Source: Patescibacteria group bacterium
Lineage (GTDB): Bacteria > Patescibacteriota > Minisyncoccia > Phycocordibacterales > UBA9973
Length of the DNA: 64,000 bases
Assembly: GCA_028865035.1 (NCBI GenBank)
Contig: JAGWLB010000004.1
Location: 1,294 to 65,293, forward strand
Direction: 5' to 3'
Part shown: positions 29,068 to 37,921 of the stretch, piece by piece
Position numbering within the stretch: the first letter of the stretch is position 1
How the letters are laid out: the number at the start of each line of letters is the position of its first letter
Notes under the pieces: model-generated
Seen by the model: only the letters and a program-made list of their open reading frames with translations
Told to the model about the DNA's origin: nothing
Databases searched by the model: none
Translations under genes and position numbers: made by a program

Positions 29068-29139
29068 TGCCCTCGGCGGGAATCGAACCTACATCTATTC
29101 CTTAGGACGGAACTGTTCTATCCATTGAACTACGAGGGC
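29068..29139 (-). tRNA. tRNA-Arg(CCT)
   Basis: GCCCTCG..CGAGGGC-A, loop GT-CCT-AA; one T-stem mismatch. Confidence 0.92.
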
Positions 29140-29194
29140 AATATAAAAACACCATTGCTGGTGTCTTCATATTACGTCATTATGTAAAGAAATG

Positions 29195-29434
29195 CTACTC
29201 TTTAATACCTAGAAGTTCAGAAATTTTTGGTTTATTAAAACCAACTATTAGCTGATCACCTATTAAAATGACTGGCACTCCCATCTGACCACTTTTTGTA
29301 ATCATTTCTTGTCTCTTTTCCATATCGGTAGCGACATTAAAGTCTTGAAAATCTACATTTTTTTCCTTGAAAAAATCTTTGGCCATATGGCAGAAGTGGC
29401 AGGTCGGAGTACTATATATTGTTACTTTATTCAT
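29195..29434 (-). CDS. glutaredoxin / NrdH-redoxin
   Basis: YSTPTCHFC, GQMGVP, IVGF. Confidence 0.93.
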   Translation of the reverse strand: MNKVTIYSTPTCHFCHMAKDFFKEKNVDFQDFNVATDMEKRQEMITKSGQMGVPVILIGDQLIVGFNKPKISELLGIKE

Positions 29435-29516
29435 AATATTTTAGCCTAAATTGGCAGATAATTAATAATGGACTTTTATTATATCACAATAATAAATAGC
29501 GCAACACTTGACAGGG

Positions 29517-29587
29517 TGCGGAATAGGAGAATCGAACTCCTGCCCAATGCTTGGGAAGCACTAGTTCTACCACTAAACTAATTCCGC
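29517..29587 (-). tRNA. tRNA-Gly(CCC)
   Basis: GCGGAAT..ATTCCGC-A, loop TT-CCC-AA. Confidence 0.95.
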
Positions 29588-29589
29588 AT

Positions 29590-29970
29590 TTATTTGCCAA
29601 AAAACTTTTTTACATAATCCCAAAAACTGTGACTAGTATTAGTCGGCGTGGAAACATTATTATTTTCTCCATCATTAACAATCACTACCATATTTTCACC
29701 AGGTTTAACAACTTGAAATTTATCTCTTATTGACTCTTCTACACCTTGAGTAGTATTTAGTTTATTAATATCACTTTGTAGACTATCTTCTCGTTTACGC
29801 AAATCATTGATTTTATTTAATTCAGCTACTTTGTTTTTATTGGTTTCTATTTCTTTCTCAAAAAGACCTTGTACATTATAAATAAAAAGCACTAAAACAC
29901 AAAAAATCAACAGAAGCATTATAGGTGAATGCCAAAATTTAGATTTATCTTTTTTCTTGAATTGTGCCAT
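29590..29970 (-). CDS. septum formation initiator (FtsB/DivIC-like)
   Basis: TM + coiled coil + EESIRDKFQVVKPGE. Confidence 0.8.
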   Translation of the reverse strand: MAQFKKKDKSKFWHSPIMLLLIFCVLVLFIYNVQGLFEKEIETNKNKVAELNKINDLRKREDSLQSDINKLNTTQGVEESIRDKFQVVKPGENMVVIVNDGENNNVSTPTNTSHSFWDYVKKFFGK

Positions 29971-29991
29971 AAAAACTAGTATAATTATAAC

Positions 29992-30105
29992 ATGATTTTC
30001 AGCGGGAAAAACAAAAAAAGAATGAGTACGATTTTTGCAGTAGTTTCAATCATAGTTATCATAAGTATGATTTTGCTTTATACATTGCCTTCATTTTTTA
30101 GTTAA
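29992..30105 (+). CDS. 37-aa single-pass membrane microprotein (not in ORF track)
   Basis: MIFSGKNKKRMSTIFAVVSIIVIISMILLYTLPSFFS; TATAAT-6-ATG. Confidence 0.65.
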   Translation: MIFSGKNKKRMSTIFAVVSIIVIISMILLYTLPSFFS

Positions 30106-30108
30106 TTA

Positions 30109-31941
30109 TTAATCATTACCATTTTTCATCATTTTCAAGAATACATCATGAGAGATGTTTATTTTTGCTTGTGATTGCATTCTCTTTTTACCTTTCTTTT
30201 GCTTTTCTAATAGTTTCTTTTTACGACTAACGTCACCTCCTCCCACAACTTTACTACCATGCATAAGAACGTCTTTACGGAAAGATGACACTGACTCTGA
30301 AGCGATAATTCTACCTAAAGCTTTGCCTTGAATTTTAAATGCAAATTGTTGACGTGGGATGATTTTCTGCAATTTTTCTACTTGAGACCTGGCTTCTTCT
30401 TCTACTCGACGACGAGATACTACTCTTGTAAAAGCAATCATTGGTTCGTCAGCAACAATTATATCTAATCTTACAACATCAGCTTCTTTGTATTCTGATA
30501 TTTCATAAGATATCGATGCATAACCTGAAGTAATACTTTTTATATCATCAAAAAAGTTACGCATCAGTTCTCGCAAAGGCATAGTTAAATCAATGGATGA
30601 TCTATTATCTCCAAAATCTTCAGTCATTTCTACTTCAGCTTCATGATCATACAGGAAAGGCATAAGCTGACTCATATATATAGCTGGTGCAATAATTTTT
30701 ACATTAACCCACGGTTCAAATACTTTAGCTATATTGCCATCATCTGGAAAAAGATGTGGTGAATATATTATTTCTTCTTTGCCAGCTTGTCCAGATGGAC
30801 CACTACGCAATAATACTTTATATGTAATTGAAGGCATCGTAACTATAAGTTTTAAATCGAATTCACGATTTAATCTTTCTGTAATAATTTCAAGATGAAG
30901 CATTCCCAGGAAACCACATCGAAAACCTCGTCCTAAAGTACCTGAGGTCTCTTCTTCATATGAAAATGATGAATCAGACAAACGAAGTCGTCCTAAAGCA
31001 AGTTTAAGATTAGGAAAATCATCTTGGCTTTCAGGGTATATAGAAGCCCAAACAACTGGATAAGGTTTCATATAGCCTGGGAGTGCCTCCATAGGCTTCT
31101 TTGTGTAGGTTATAGTGTCCCCTACAGAAGCTATACCTGGCTTCTTAATACCAGTGACGATATAACCAATTTCTCCTGTACTTATACTGTCACGAGCTGT
31201 TTCTTCAGGTGAAAAAGTTCCAACTTCAAGTGAAATAAATTTTTCAGATGACACTGCAAAAAGAAGCGATTCCCCTTTTTTAAACATTCCATCTATTACA
31301 CGAACATAGACTATAACTCCACGATGATTATCATACTTGAAATCAAAAACTAAAGCTCTTCCAGACGAAGTATTTATTTCATTTTCTTTTGGAGCTGGAA
31401 TCCTTTTAACGATTTCATTTAGTAATTCTGATACACCTTGACCAGTTTTACCAGATACGCAAATAATACTATCTGGGTCAATATTAAGAAGAAGAGCTAC
31501 TTCCATTTTAACTTCGTCTATACGTGCAAGTGGTGAATCTATTTTAGAAATTACAGGTATAATTACTAACCCAGTATCACGTGCAAGTTGTAACGTTGTT
31601 AGAGTCTGTGCTTGTACACCTTGTGTAGCATCTACTAAAAGCAGAGATCCCTCCACAGCTTTCAAAGCTCTAGATACTTCATATGAGAAGTCTATGTGTC
31701 CCGGTGTATCTATTAGATTTAGAATATATTTATGCTCGTCGCATTCATATTCCATCCTAACTGGTTGCATCTTTATTGTAATACCACGTTCGCGTTCAAG
31801 ATCCATTGAGTCTAGAACCTGATTTTTCATCTTTCGCTTTTCAATAGTACCTGTGACTTCAAGCATACGGTCAGCCAGGGTTGATTTACCATGGTCAATA
31901 TGTGCAATTATTGAAAAATTTCTAATAGACTTAATATCCAT
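30109..31941 (-). CDS. lepA: elongation factor 4
   Basis: IRNFSIIAHIDHGKSTLADR, GFRCGFLGMLH, KKKLLEKQKKGKKRM. Confidence 0.98.
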   Translation of the reverse strand: MDIKSIRNFSIIAHIDHGKSTLADRMLEVTGTIEKRKMKNQVLDSMDLERERGITIKMQPVRMEYECDEHKYILNLIDTPGHIDFSYEVSRALKAVEGSLLLVDATQGVQAQTLTTLQLARDTGLVIIPVISKIDSPLARIDEVKMEVALLLNIDPDSIICVSGKTGQGVSELLNEIVKRIPAPKENEINTSSGRALVFDFKYDNHRGVIVYVRVIDGMFKKGESLLFAVSSEKFISLEVGTFSPEETARDSISTGEIGYIVTGIKKPGIASVGDTITYTKKPMEALPGYMKPYPVVWASIYPESQDDFPNLKLALGRLRLSDSSFSYEEETSGTLGRGFRCGFLGMLHLEIITERLNREFDLKLIVTMPSITYKVLLRSGPSGQAGKEEIIYSPHLFPDDGNIAKVFEPWVNVKIIAPAIYMSQLMPFLYDHEAEVEMTEDFGDNRSSIDLTMPLRELMRNFFDDIKSITSGYASISYEISEYKEADVVRLDIIVADEPMIAFTRVVSRRRVEEEARSQVEKLQKIIPRQQFAFKIQGKALGRIIASESVSSFRKDVLMHGSKVVGGGDVSRKKKLLEKQKKGKKRMQSQAKINISHDVFLKMMKNGND

Positions 31942-31954
31942 AAATCTATCCTAC

Positions 31955-31980
31955 CAGAAAAGCATTGAAAATAAAAGGTT
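31955..31980 (+). repeat. 26-bp direct repeat (copy 2 at 33763-33788) flanking the ABC transporter gene
   Basis: CAGAAAAGCATTGAAAATAAAAGGTT exact in both intergenic spaces. Confidence 0.9.
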
Positions 31981-31985
31981 AAAAT

Positions 31986-33749
31986 TTATTCCATTATAAA
32001 ACCGCCAATTTGATGATTCCATAAATTGGCGTAATTGCCATTTTTAGATATAAGTTCATTATGAGTTCCTTCTTCCGAAATTTTTCCATCTTCGAAAACA
32101 ATAATTCTATCCATTTTCTGAATTGTTGATAAACGATGAGCGATAACTATGGTTGTTTTACCATTCATAAGTTCATTGAAGGCCTGCTGTATGTATTGTT
32201 CACTTATACTATCTAGTGAACTAGTTGCTTCATCAAGAATCAAGATTGGTGCATCTTTTATCATCGCTCTAGCAATAGCTATACGTTGACGTTCACCGCC
32301 AGAGAGTTTTACACCTCGTTCACCAACATATGTATCATACTTATACGGTAACTTTTCTATAAACTCATGAGCATGCGCTTTCTTTGCTACTTCTTTTATT
32401 TCTTCTTCTGTTGCATTTAGTTTACCGTAGGCAATGTTCTCACGAATTGTTCTATGAAATAAGATAGACTCTTGTGGTACATAAGATATAGCACTTCTAA
32501 GATCATCCTGGGTAACAGATTTAATATTTTGACCATCTATAGTAATAGCACCTGAATCTACGTCTGAAAAACGTAAGATTAAATTTGTGAATGTTGATTT
32601 ACCAGCGCCAGAATGACCAACAATGCCAATACGCTCTCCTGGCTTGATATCAATATTGAAATTATTAAATACTTTTTGTCCATTTTTATAAGTAAAATTA
32701 ACATTACTAAAAACAAGATGGCCTTGTTTCATTTGTAAAATTTCTGGATTTTGGGGATCTAAAATATCAGGGATCACATTGAATATATCAATCATTTCTT
32801 TCATATCTGCGGCAGATTTCATAAATTTTGTCAGAGAATTACCAAGGTTCCAAAGCCTATCAAAAACAATAACCATATATGTCTGTATTAAAACAACTGT
32901 TCCTGTACTAATCTGATTTTTAATCCACAAAGTAATCATTAGATAAAGAATGGCACTTTGAATAATGAAAATAAATACACCCTGAATAATATCGATTCTT
33001 CCAGCAAAGAACCAAGCTTTTTTACTACGAATTGCACCTTCATCAGTGTATTCTTTAAATGAATCTACCTCATTTTTTCTTGCTGAAAAAAATTTCACGG
33101 CTAAAATATTACTAAAAACATCGGCAAGACGTCCGCTTATTTTCGAATCTTGTTCGGCTTCATATAAATCATATTTAATTTTCTTTTTAACGAAAAATGA
33201 AACAACAGATATATGAATAATTATCCAACTTATAAAAATAATGCTTATTATTAATGATTGTCGAGTTAATACATAAAAAACTCCAACTAAGATAATAAAA
33301 AAATTTAAAAAATCGTAAAGGAATATATCAAACATTGTTTCAAAAGCACCTACAAAACGTCGAGATTTTGTCACTAAACTTCCAGCAAAAGTATTCGTAA
33401 AAAATGTTGGGGAATGATTTTCGATTTTCTGGAAAGCATAGTTACGCAACATACGCATTACGTTTATCTCAAATGAGTAATAAACAAATTTAAATATTCT
33501 AGCAAGCAATAAAGCAATAATACTTATACCGATAATAATAAAAACAACATTCATAAGGCTATGTGCTAGAAGAATATGATTTATATTTGTAGTAGAAAGA
33601 ATATCTATAATTTTCTTAAAATACAGAGGTCTTAGAATATTTTCTAAAAAAACCCTAAGACTAAATGCTATTATTATGACATAAAAAGCAGATGCATATT
33701 TACGCATCTGTGGCCAGATATATTTAAAGATATCTCCAAATAAAGACAT
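31986..33749 (-). CDS. ABC exporter, fused TMD + NBD
   Basis: GHSGAGKS, LSGGERQR, ILDEATS, IAHRLST. Confidence 0.95.
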   Translation of the reverse strand: MSLFGDIFKYIWPQMRKYASAFYVIIIAFSLRVFLENILRPLYFKKIIDILSTTNINHILLAHSLMNVVFIIIGISIIALLLARIFKFVYYSFEINVMRMLRNYAFQKIENHSPTFFTNTFAGSLVTKSRRFVGAFETMFDIFLYDFLNFFIILVGVFYVLTRQSLIISIIFISWIIIHISVVSFFVKKKIKYDLYEAEQDSKISGRLADVFSNILAVKFFSARKNEVDSFKEYTDEGAIRSKKAWFFAGRIDIIQGVFIFIIQSAILYLMITLWIKNQISTGTVVLIQTYMVIVFDRLWNLGNSLTKFMKSAADMKEMIDIFNVIPDILDPQNPEILQMKQGHLVFSNVNFTYKNGQKVFNNFNIDIKPGERIGIVGHSGAGKSTFTNLILRFSDVDSGAITIDGQNIKSVTQDDLRSAISYVPQESILFHRTIRENIAYGKLNATEEEIKEVAKKAHAHEFIEKLPYKYDTYVGERGVKLSGGERQRIAIARAMIKDAPILILDEATSSLDSISEQYIQQAFNELMNGKTTIVIAHRLSTIQKMDRIIVFEDGKISEEGTHNELISKNGNYANLWNHQIGGFIME

Positions 33750-33791
33750 TGTTTTATACTATCAGAAAAGCATTGAAAATAAAAGGTTTTA

Positions 33792-35480
33792 TTATAATTC
33801 TTTTTGTTCTGGGGCAAGAACACGGCCACGCCAGAATTTATGACTTAGAGCACGAGCAAGATCAGATAACTCTTTGTTTTTCATCATAGCCAAAGCAAAT
33901 ACTCCAAAACTAATACCTATAATTCCCGATAAAAATCCTTGTAAAAATACCCCACGTCCAGTAGTAAGTCCAAAGATATCATCAAAATACGATAGAGCAA
34001 AATAAGTAACTACCCCCATAATAAGAGCACTAATAGTACTTTGCATAAACGTTTTAAATAATTTAAGTGAACGATTGCGTAAGAATTCTCTTCTAAATAA
34101 AAACCATATTAAGAAAAAATTCAAAAGTGAACCAAGAGCGTAAGCAAGTGGTAAAGCAAGCATTATAGTCCCGGGGACGCCTTGTACGCGAAGAAGATTT
34201 TCTAAACTCAATAGAACGTTTGGATATACAAGGAATATGTGGATGAAAAAATAAGCTAAAACAATTATCATTCCTGAAGAAAAAACATTCACCAATAAAG
34301 GTCTTTTAGTGTTTCCAGCAGCATAATAGCCTCGAACAAATAATAAAACTAGACTCTGTGATGCAAGTGAAATAATAAATAATGCAGCGGCAGCTGCAGT
34401 TAATCTTGTGTCAAACCAAGAAAAAGTATTAGAGCCAAGCACGACACGCACAATCTGTGCACGCAGAACAACAATAAGAACAATGACAGGTAGTGACCAG
34501 AATATAATTTGTCTAGCAGCAAGTATTATCTGATTAATAAAACCTTCCATATCTTTTACAGAGAATGATTTTACTAAAACAGGAAAAGCAGCAACTGAAT
34601 ATGAAATACCAATAATACCCACAGGCACTGACTGCAAATTATATGAAAAAGTAAATAAGGAAATTGATCCTGCTTTGAGAGTCGAAGCCATAGCAATAAG
34701 AGTAATGAAAGCTAAGCTATTACAGGATAAAGTAAATGTTCGTGGAGCTGATAATTTCACGACATTATATATCTCTTTCCAATCAATATGAGAGACGAAC
34801 TTTGGGAAAAATCCATGTTTTATAACAGTTGGTACTTGTATTGATAAATGCATTATTGCACCTATTATTACTCCTACCGCTAGACCGTAGACACCCATAT
34901 ATGGATATATAAATATAATTCCTGTAAGAATTCCAATATTGTAAAATATGGGAGACAAAGAAAAAATAAAGAAATTCCTAAATAGCTGAGTTATAGTGCC
35001 GATTAGATTTGATAAACCAATAAATATAGGCGAAAGTAGCATAATCCGACTCGTGGTTATTAATAGTTTAGTTTGTGTTTCAGAAAAACCGGGAGCTATA
35101 AAATGTGCAACATACGGCATAAGAATAGCAATGATAACACTAATACCAACCATAAATAACATATATGCAGTAAAAATATTATTAAGAAACTTACGAGCTT
35201 GATCTGATCCATCTTTATCTGAATGTATTTTATCAACAAGGAATGGTAGCAAAACTGTGATAGAAGCAAGTGAAGCAATAGATATATACAAGAAATCAGG
35301 TATTCGAAATGCCGCGTAATAAATATCAAGCATCGGACCTGCACCAACTATATGAGCAAGTGTTCTATCGCGAAGTAAACCTAATAACTGAGAAATAAAA
35401 GCAAAACTACCAAGAAGCAATGCGGCTTCGTTCACTCCCGTGAACTCCTTATTTAAGAATGTCAGTATTTTCTTAACCAT
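33792..35480 (-). CDS. murJ: lipid II flippase MurJ/MviN
   Basis: LGLLRDR, YYAAFRIPD, RGYYA. Confidence 0.9.
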   Translation of the reverse strand: MVKKILTFLNKEFTGVNEAALLLGSFAFISQLLGLLRDRTLAHIVGAGPMLDIYYAAFRIPDFLYISIASLASITVLLPFLVDKIHSDKDGSDQARKFLNNIFTAYMLFMVGISVIIAILMPYVAHFIAPGFSETQTKLLITTSRIMLLSPIFIGLSNLIGTITQLFRNFFIFSLSPIFYNIGILTGIIFIYPYMGVYGLAVGVIIGAIMHLSIQVPTVIKHGFFPKFVSHIDWKEIYNVVKLSAPRTFTLSCNSLAFITLIAMASTLKAGSISLFTFSYNLQSVPVGIIGISYSVAAFPVLVKSFSVKDMEGFINQIILAARQIIFWSLPVIVLIVVLRAQIVRVVLGSNTFSWFDTRLTAAAAALFIISLASQSLVLLFVRGYYAAGNTKRPLLVNVFSSGMIIVLAYFFIHIFLVYPNVLLSLENLLRVQGVPGTIMLALPLAYALGSLLNFFLIWFLFRREFLRNRSLKLFKTFMQSTISALIMGVVTYFALSYFDDIFGLTTGRGVFLQGFLSGIIGISFGVFALAMMKNKELSDLARALSHKFWRGRVLAPEQKEL

Positions 35481-35493
35481 TTAAACTACATTA

Positions 35494-37866
35494 TTAATGC
35501 TGAACTGGTAATGGTAGTTTTTGTGCTTTGGTTGTTGTATTTGTACTAGTTTTAAGATTTGTTGGTGGAGTTGTATTACTACTTGAAGATGGATTTGAGA
35601 TTGAATTTATAGCATCTTTAACATCCTGATTATCAGGCAAAGCTTGGCTTAGTAATTTAAATTGTGCCATTGCATCATCTGTACGTCCTACTTTTTTATA
35701 TGACTGACCAAGTAAGAAATGGGCATTTACATTACTTGGGTCAAGAGATATTGACTGTTCGAAAGCACTAATAGCTCCTTGGTAATCAGAATTATTATAA
35801 CGCAACAATCCAAGCTTAAAGAATACGGTAGGATCATTCGGTGCCGCTTGGCTAGCATTTTCTGCGTCAGCGATAGCTGCTGTTGGATTTCCTTCGTCAG
35901 TCTCAATCTGCGCAAGCAAGAACATAGCATCAGTGTAGTTAGGCTTTATTGCTAAAGCATTTGCTATGTATTTACGGGCTTCATCATTGCTTTTATTGGC
36001 AATTTCAAGTGAAGCACGTAATAAGGCTATCGATGGATTATTCGGTGCTAGAGCTTGAGCTTTGTTATAGTTTATGACAGCATTTTCATAACTATTTTGT
36101 ACAGATAAAGGTAATAGAGAGCTATCAATGTTACCTAGATTAACATAGTTCTGATATTGATTTGGGTTTTGATTGATTGCTAACTGTGCCGATTGTTGAG
36201 CAAGACTTACAAGCTGCTGGATATTTGATTTTAAAGTGTCTTTCGAAATAGTTTTATCGTTCAACATTACACTCATCTCGGCCAAATATATTTGAGAAAT
36301 AGTTCGATAATAAATATCATTCTGATCAAGCAATAATGCATTTGACAACATTTTCTCAGATTTAGAAAGAGAAGCTAAATCAGTTGCATTACTTGTAGAA
36401 CCTTTAGAGAAGTAAATGATAGAAGCAAATTTTTCAGCATAAACATAAGTAGTAGAAAGAGTAATCATCATTAGAACCATAAGCCCTAAGATAGAAAAGA
36501 AGCTATTACGTGGATCGCCTAAGAATGAAAAACTTCTAACTTTTATCGATTGATGGTAAACCAATATACCAATAATCATTCCACTTGAGATGAAAGCAAT
36601 AACGAACATAATTATATTAGGAGTATAGAATATTATTGTCGTCCACGAATAAATTGCTGTCATTAGCGCTGTCATAGTAAAGTAATTTGAAAGTGAATTA
36701 CGTAATACTTTATTCAAAGATTTAATACCTCTTAATAGAACAGTAACAAGGAAAAGTAACCAAGCAAAAATACCTAGCAATCCAGTAGTTACTGCAAATG
36801 TAAGCAGTGAACTGTAACCATTTGAAAAATCTATATTCCAAAACTGAGATTGTGCAATTGCTTTTGGTTGCCAAAGAGCCCAATCTAAATTAAATGTATT
36901 TGGTCCAGTACCAAGTAATGGATTATGCTTTATGGCTTTAAGAGCAATCTCTGATGTTGTTGTGATAAGTGGACGAACACTAGTATTAGGAACATTAATG
37001 TATCTAGTTATTAATCCACCAATAGAATTATTCCCAACCAAGAAAATCAAACATATAAATACAACAATAAGTGCGGTAAATGGAAACTTCTTTTTATTAT
37101 CACTATCATGAATAATATTTATTCCCGCTTGTTGAATTGAGATACTGTAAACAAAGATAATTATGGAAAACAAACCAACCATTACCCAAACAAGTGGTAG
37201 ATTAATAATAATAAGGAAGAATAACCCTACTACTAATAAGAAATACTGCATTACTAGGAAAAGTCCTTTATTTTTTAGAAATTCTATTGTAAATAAAGAC
37301 AGTAAAACAATTAAACCAAAAAACAAAACGAAATCATTCCAACTACCCACTAAATTACCTGATGAAATACCATTAAGTAAACCAGGGGCAAAACGTCCAA
37401 AACCAACAAATATATTTATGAGTTCGAAAACAGCTAATATAACTGCTCCCAAAAACATAACTCGATAGAAAGACCACAAACGTCTTTCAGTTTGAAAATA
37501 AATAGAAGATAAGAAAAAAAGTATGAACAAAACAAGTACAGAACCAAAAGTACCTATTTCAAAACCGCTACCGAATAGAGATACATATTTAGAAGATGAG
37601 AAGAATGATGAAATCAAAAAAACAATTGGTATTAGGGATGCAAATATTATTATCTTATCTTTTGGTATTAAAAATTTTCCTTCACCAAGACGTGCAATTA
37701 ACCAAAAGAATAGCGCTAAAGTCATACCTATAGACACAAGAAATCCTTTGCTTGCATCTAGAGTAACAGGAATATATGGTATAAAGAAAAACAAAGATAT
37801 GAATAATGTTGCTAAAATAGTAGTAAATGATAATTTATTAAAAAATTCAACTTTTTTTGATTCCAT
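35494..37866 (-). CDS. polytopic membrane protein (O-antigen ligase-like) with C-terminal TPRs
   Basis: Many TMs, PLLGTGPNTF, TTGLLG, tandem TPR motifs. Confidence 0.8.
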   Translation of the reverse strand: MESKKVEFFNKLSFTTILATLFISLFFFIPYIPVTLDASKGFLVSIGMTLALFFWLIARLGEGKFLIPKDKIIIFASLIPIVFLISSFFSSSKYVSLFGSGFEIGTFGSVLVLFILFFLSSIYFQTERRLWSFYRVMFLGAVILAVFELINIFVGFGRFAPGLLNGISSGNLVGSWNDFVLFFGLIVLLSLFTIEFLKNKGLFLVMQYFLLVVGLFFLIIINLPLVWVMVGLFSIIIFVYSISIQQAGINIIHDSDNKKKFPFTALIVVFICLIFLVGNNSIGGLITRYINVPNTSVRPLITTTSEIALKAIKHNPLLGTGPNTFNLDWALWQPKAIAQSQFWNIDFSNGYSSLLTFAVTTGLLGIFAWLLFLVTVLLRGIKSLNKVLRNSLSNYFTMTALMTAIYSWTTIIFYTPNIIMFVIAFISSGMIIGILVYHQSIKVRSFSFLGDPRNSFFSILGLMVLMMITLSTTYVYAEKFASIIYFSKGSTSNATDLASLSKSEKMLSNALLLDQNDIYYRTISQIYLAEMSVMLNDKTISKDTLKSNIQQLVSLAQQSAQLAINQNPNQYQNYVNLGNIDSSLLPLSVQNSYENAVINYNKAQALAPNNPSIALLRASLEIANKSNDEARKYIANALAIKPNYTDAMFLLAQIETDEGNPTAAIADAENASQAAPNDPTVFFKLGLLRYNNSDYQGAISAFEQSISLDPSNVNAHFLLGQSYKKVGRTDDAMAQFKLLSQALPDNQDVKDAINSISNPSSSSNTTPPTNLKTSTNTTTKAQKLPLPVQH

Positions 37867-37921
37867 ATTTTTTCTTCTTAATATTAATGATATATATTAT
37901 ATTACAAAAAAACAAATAATA

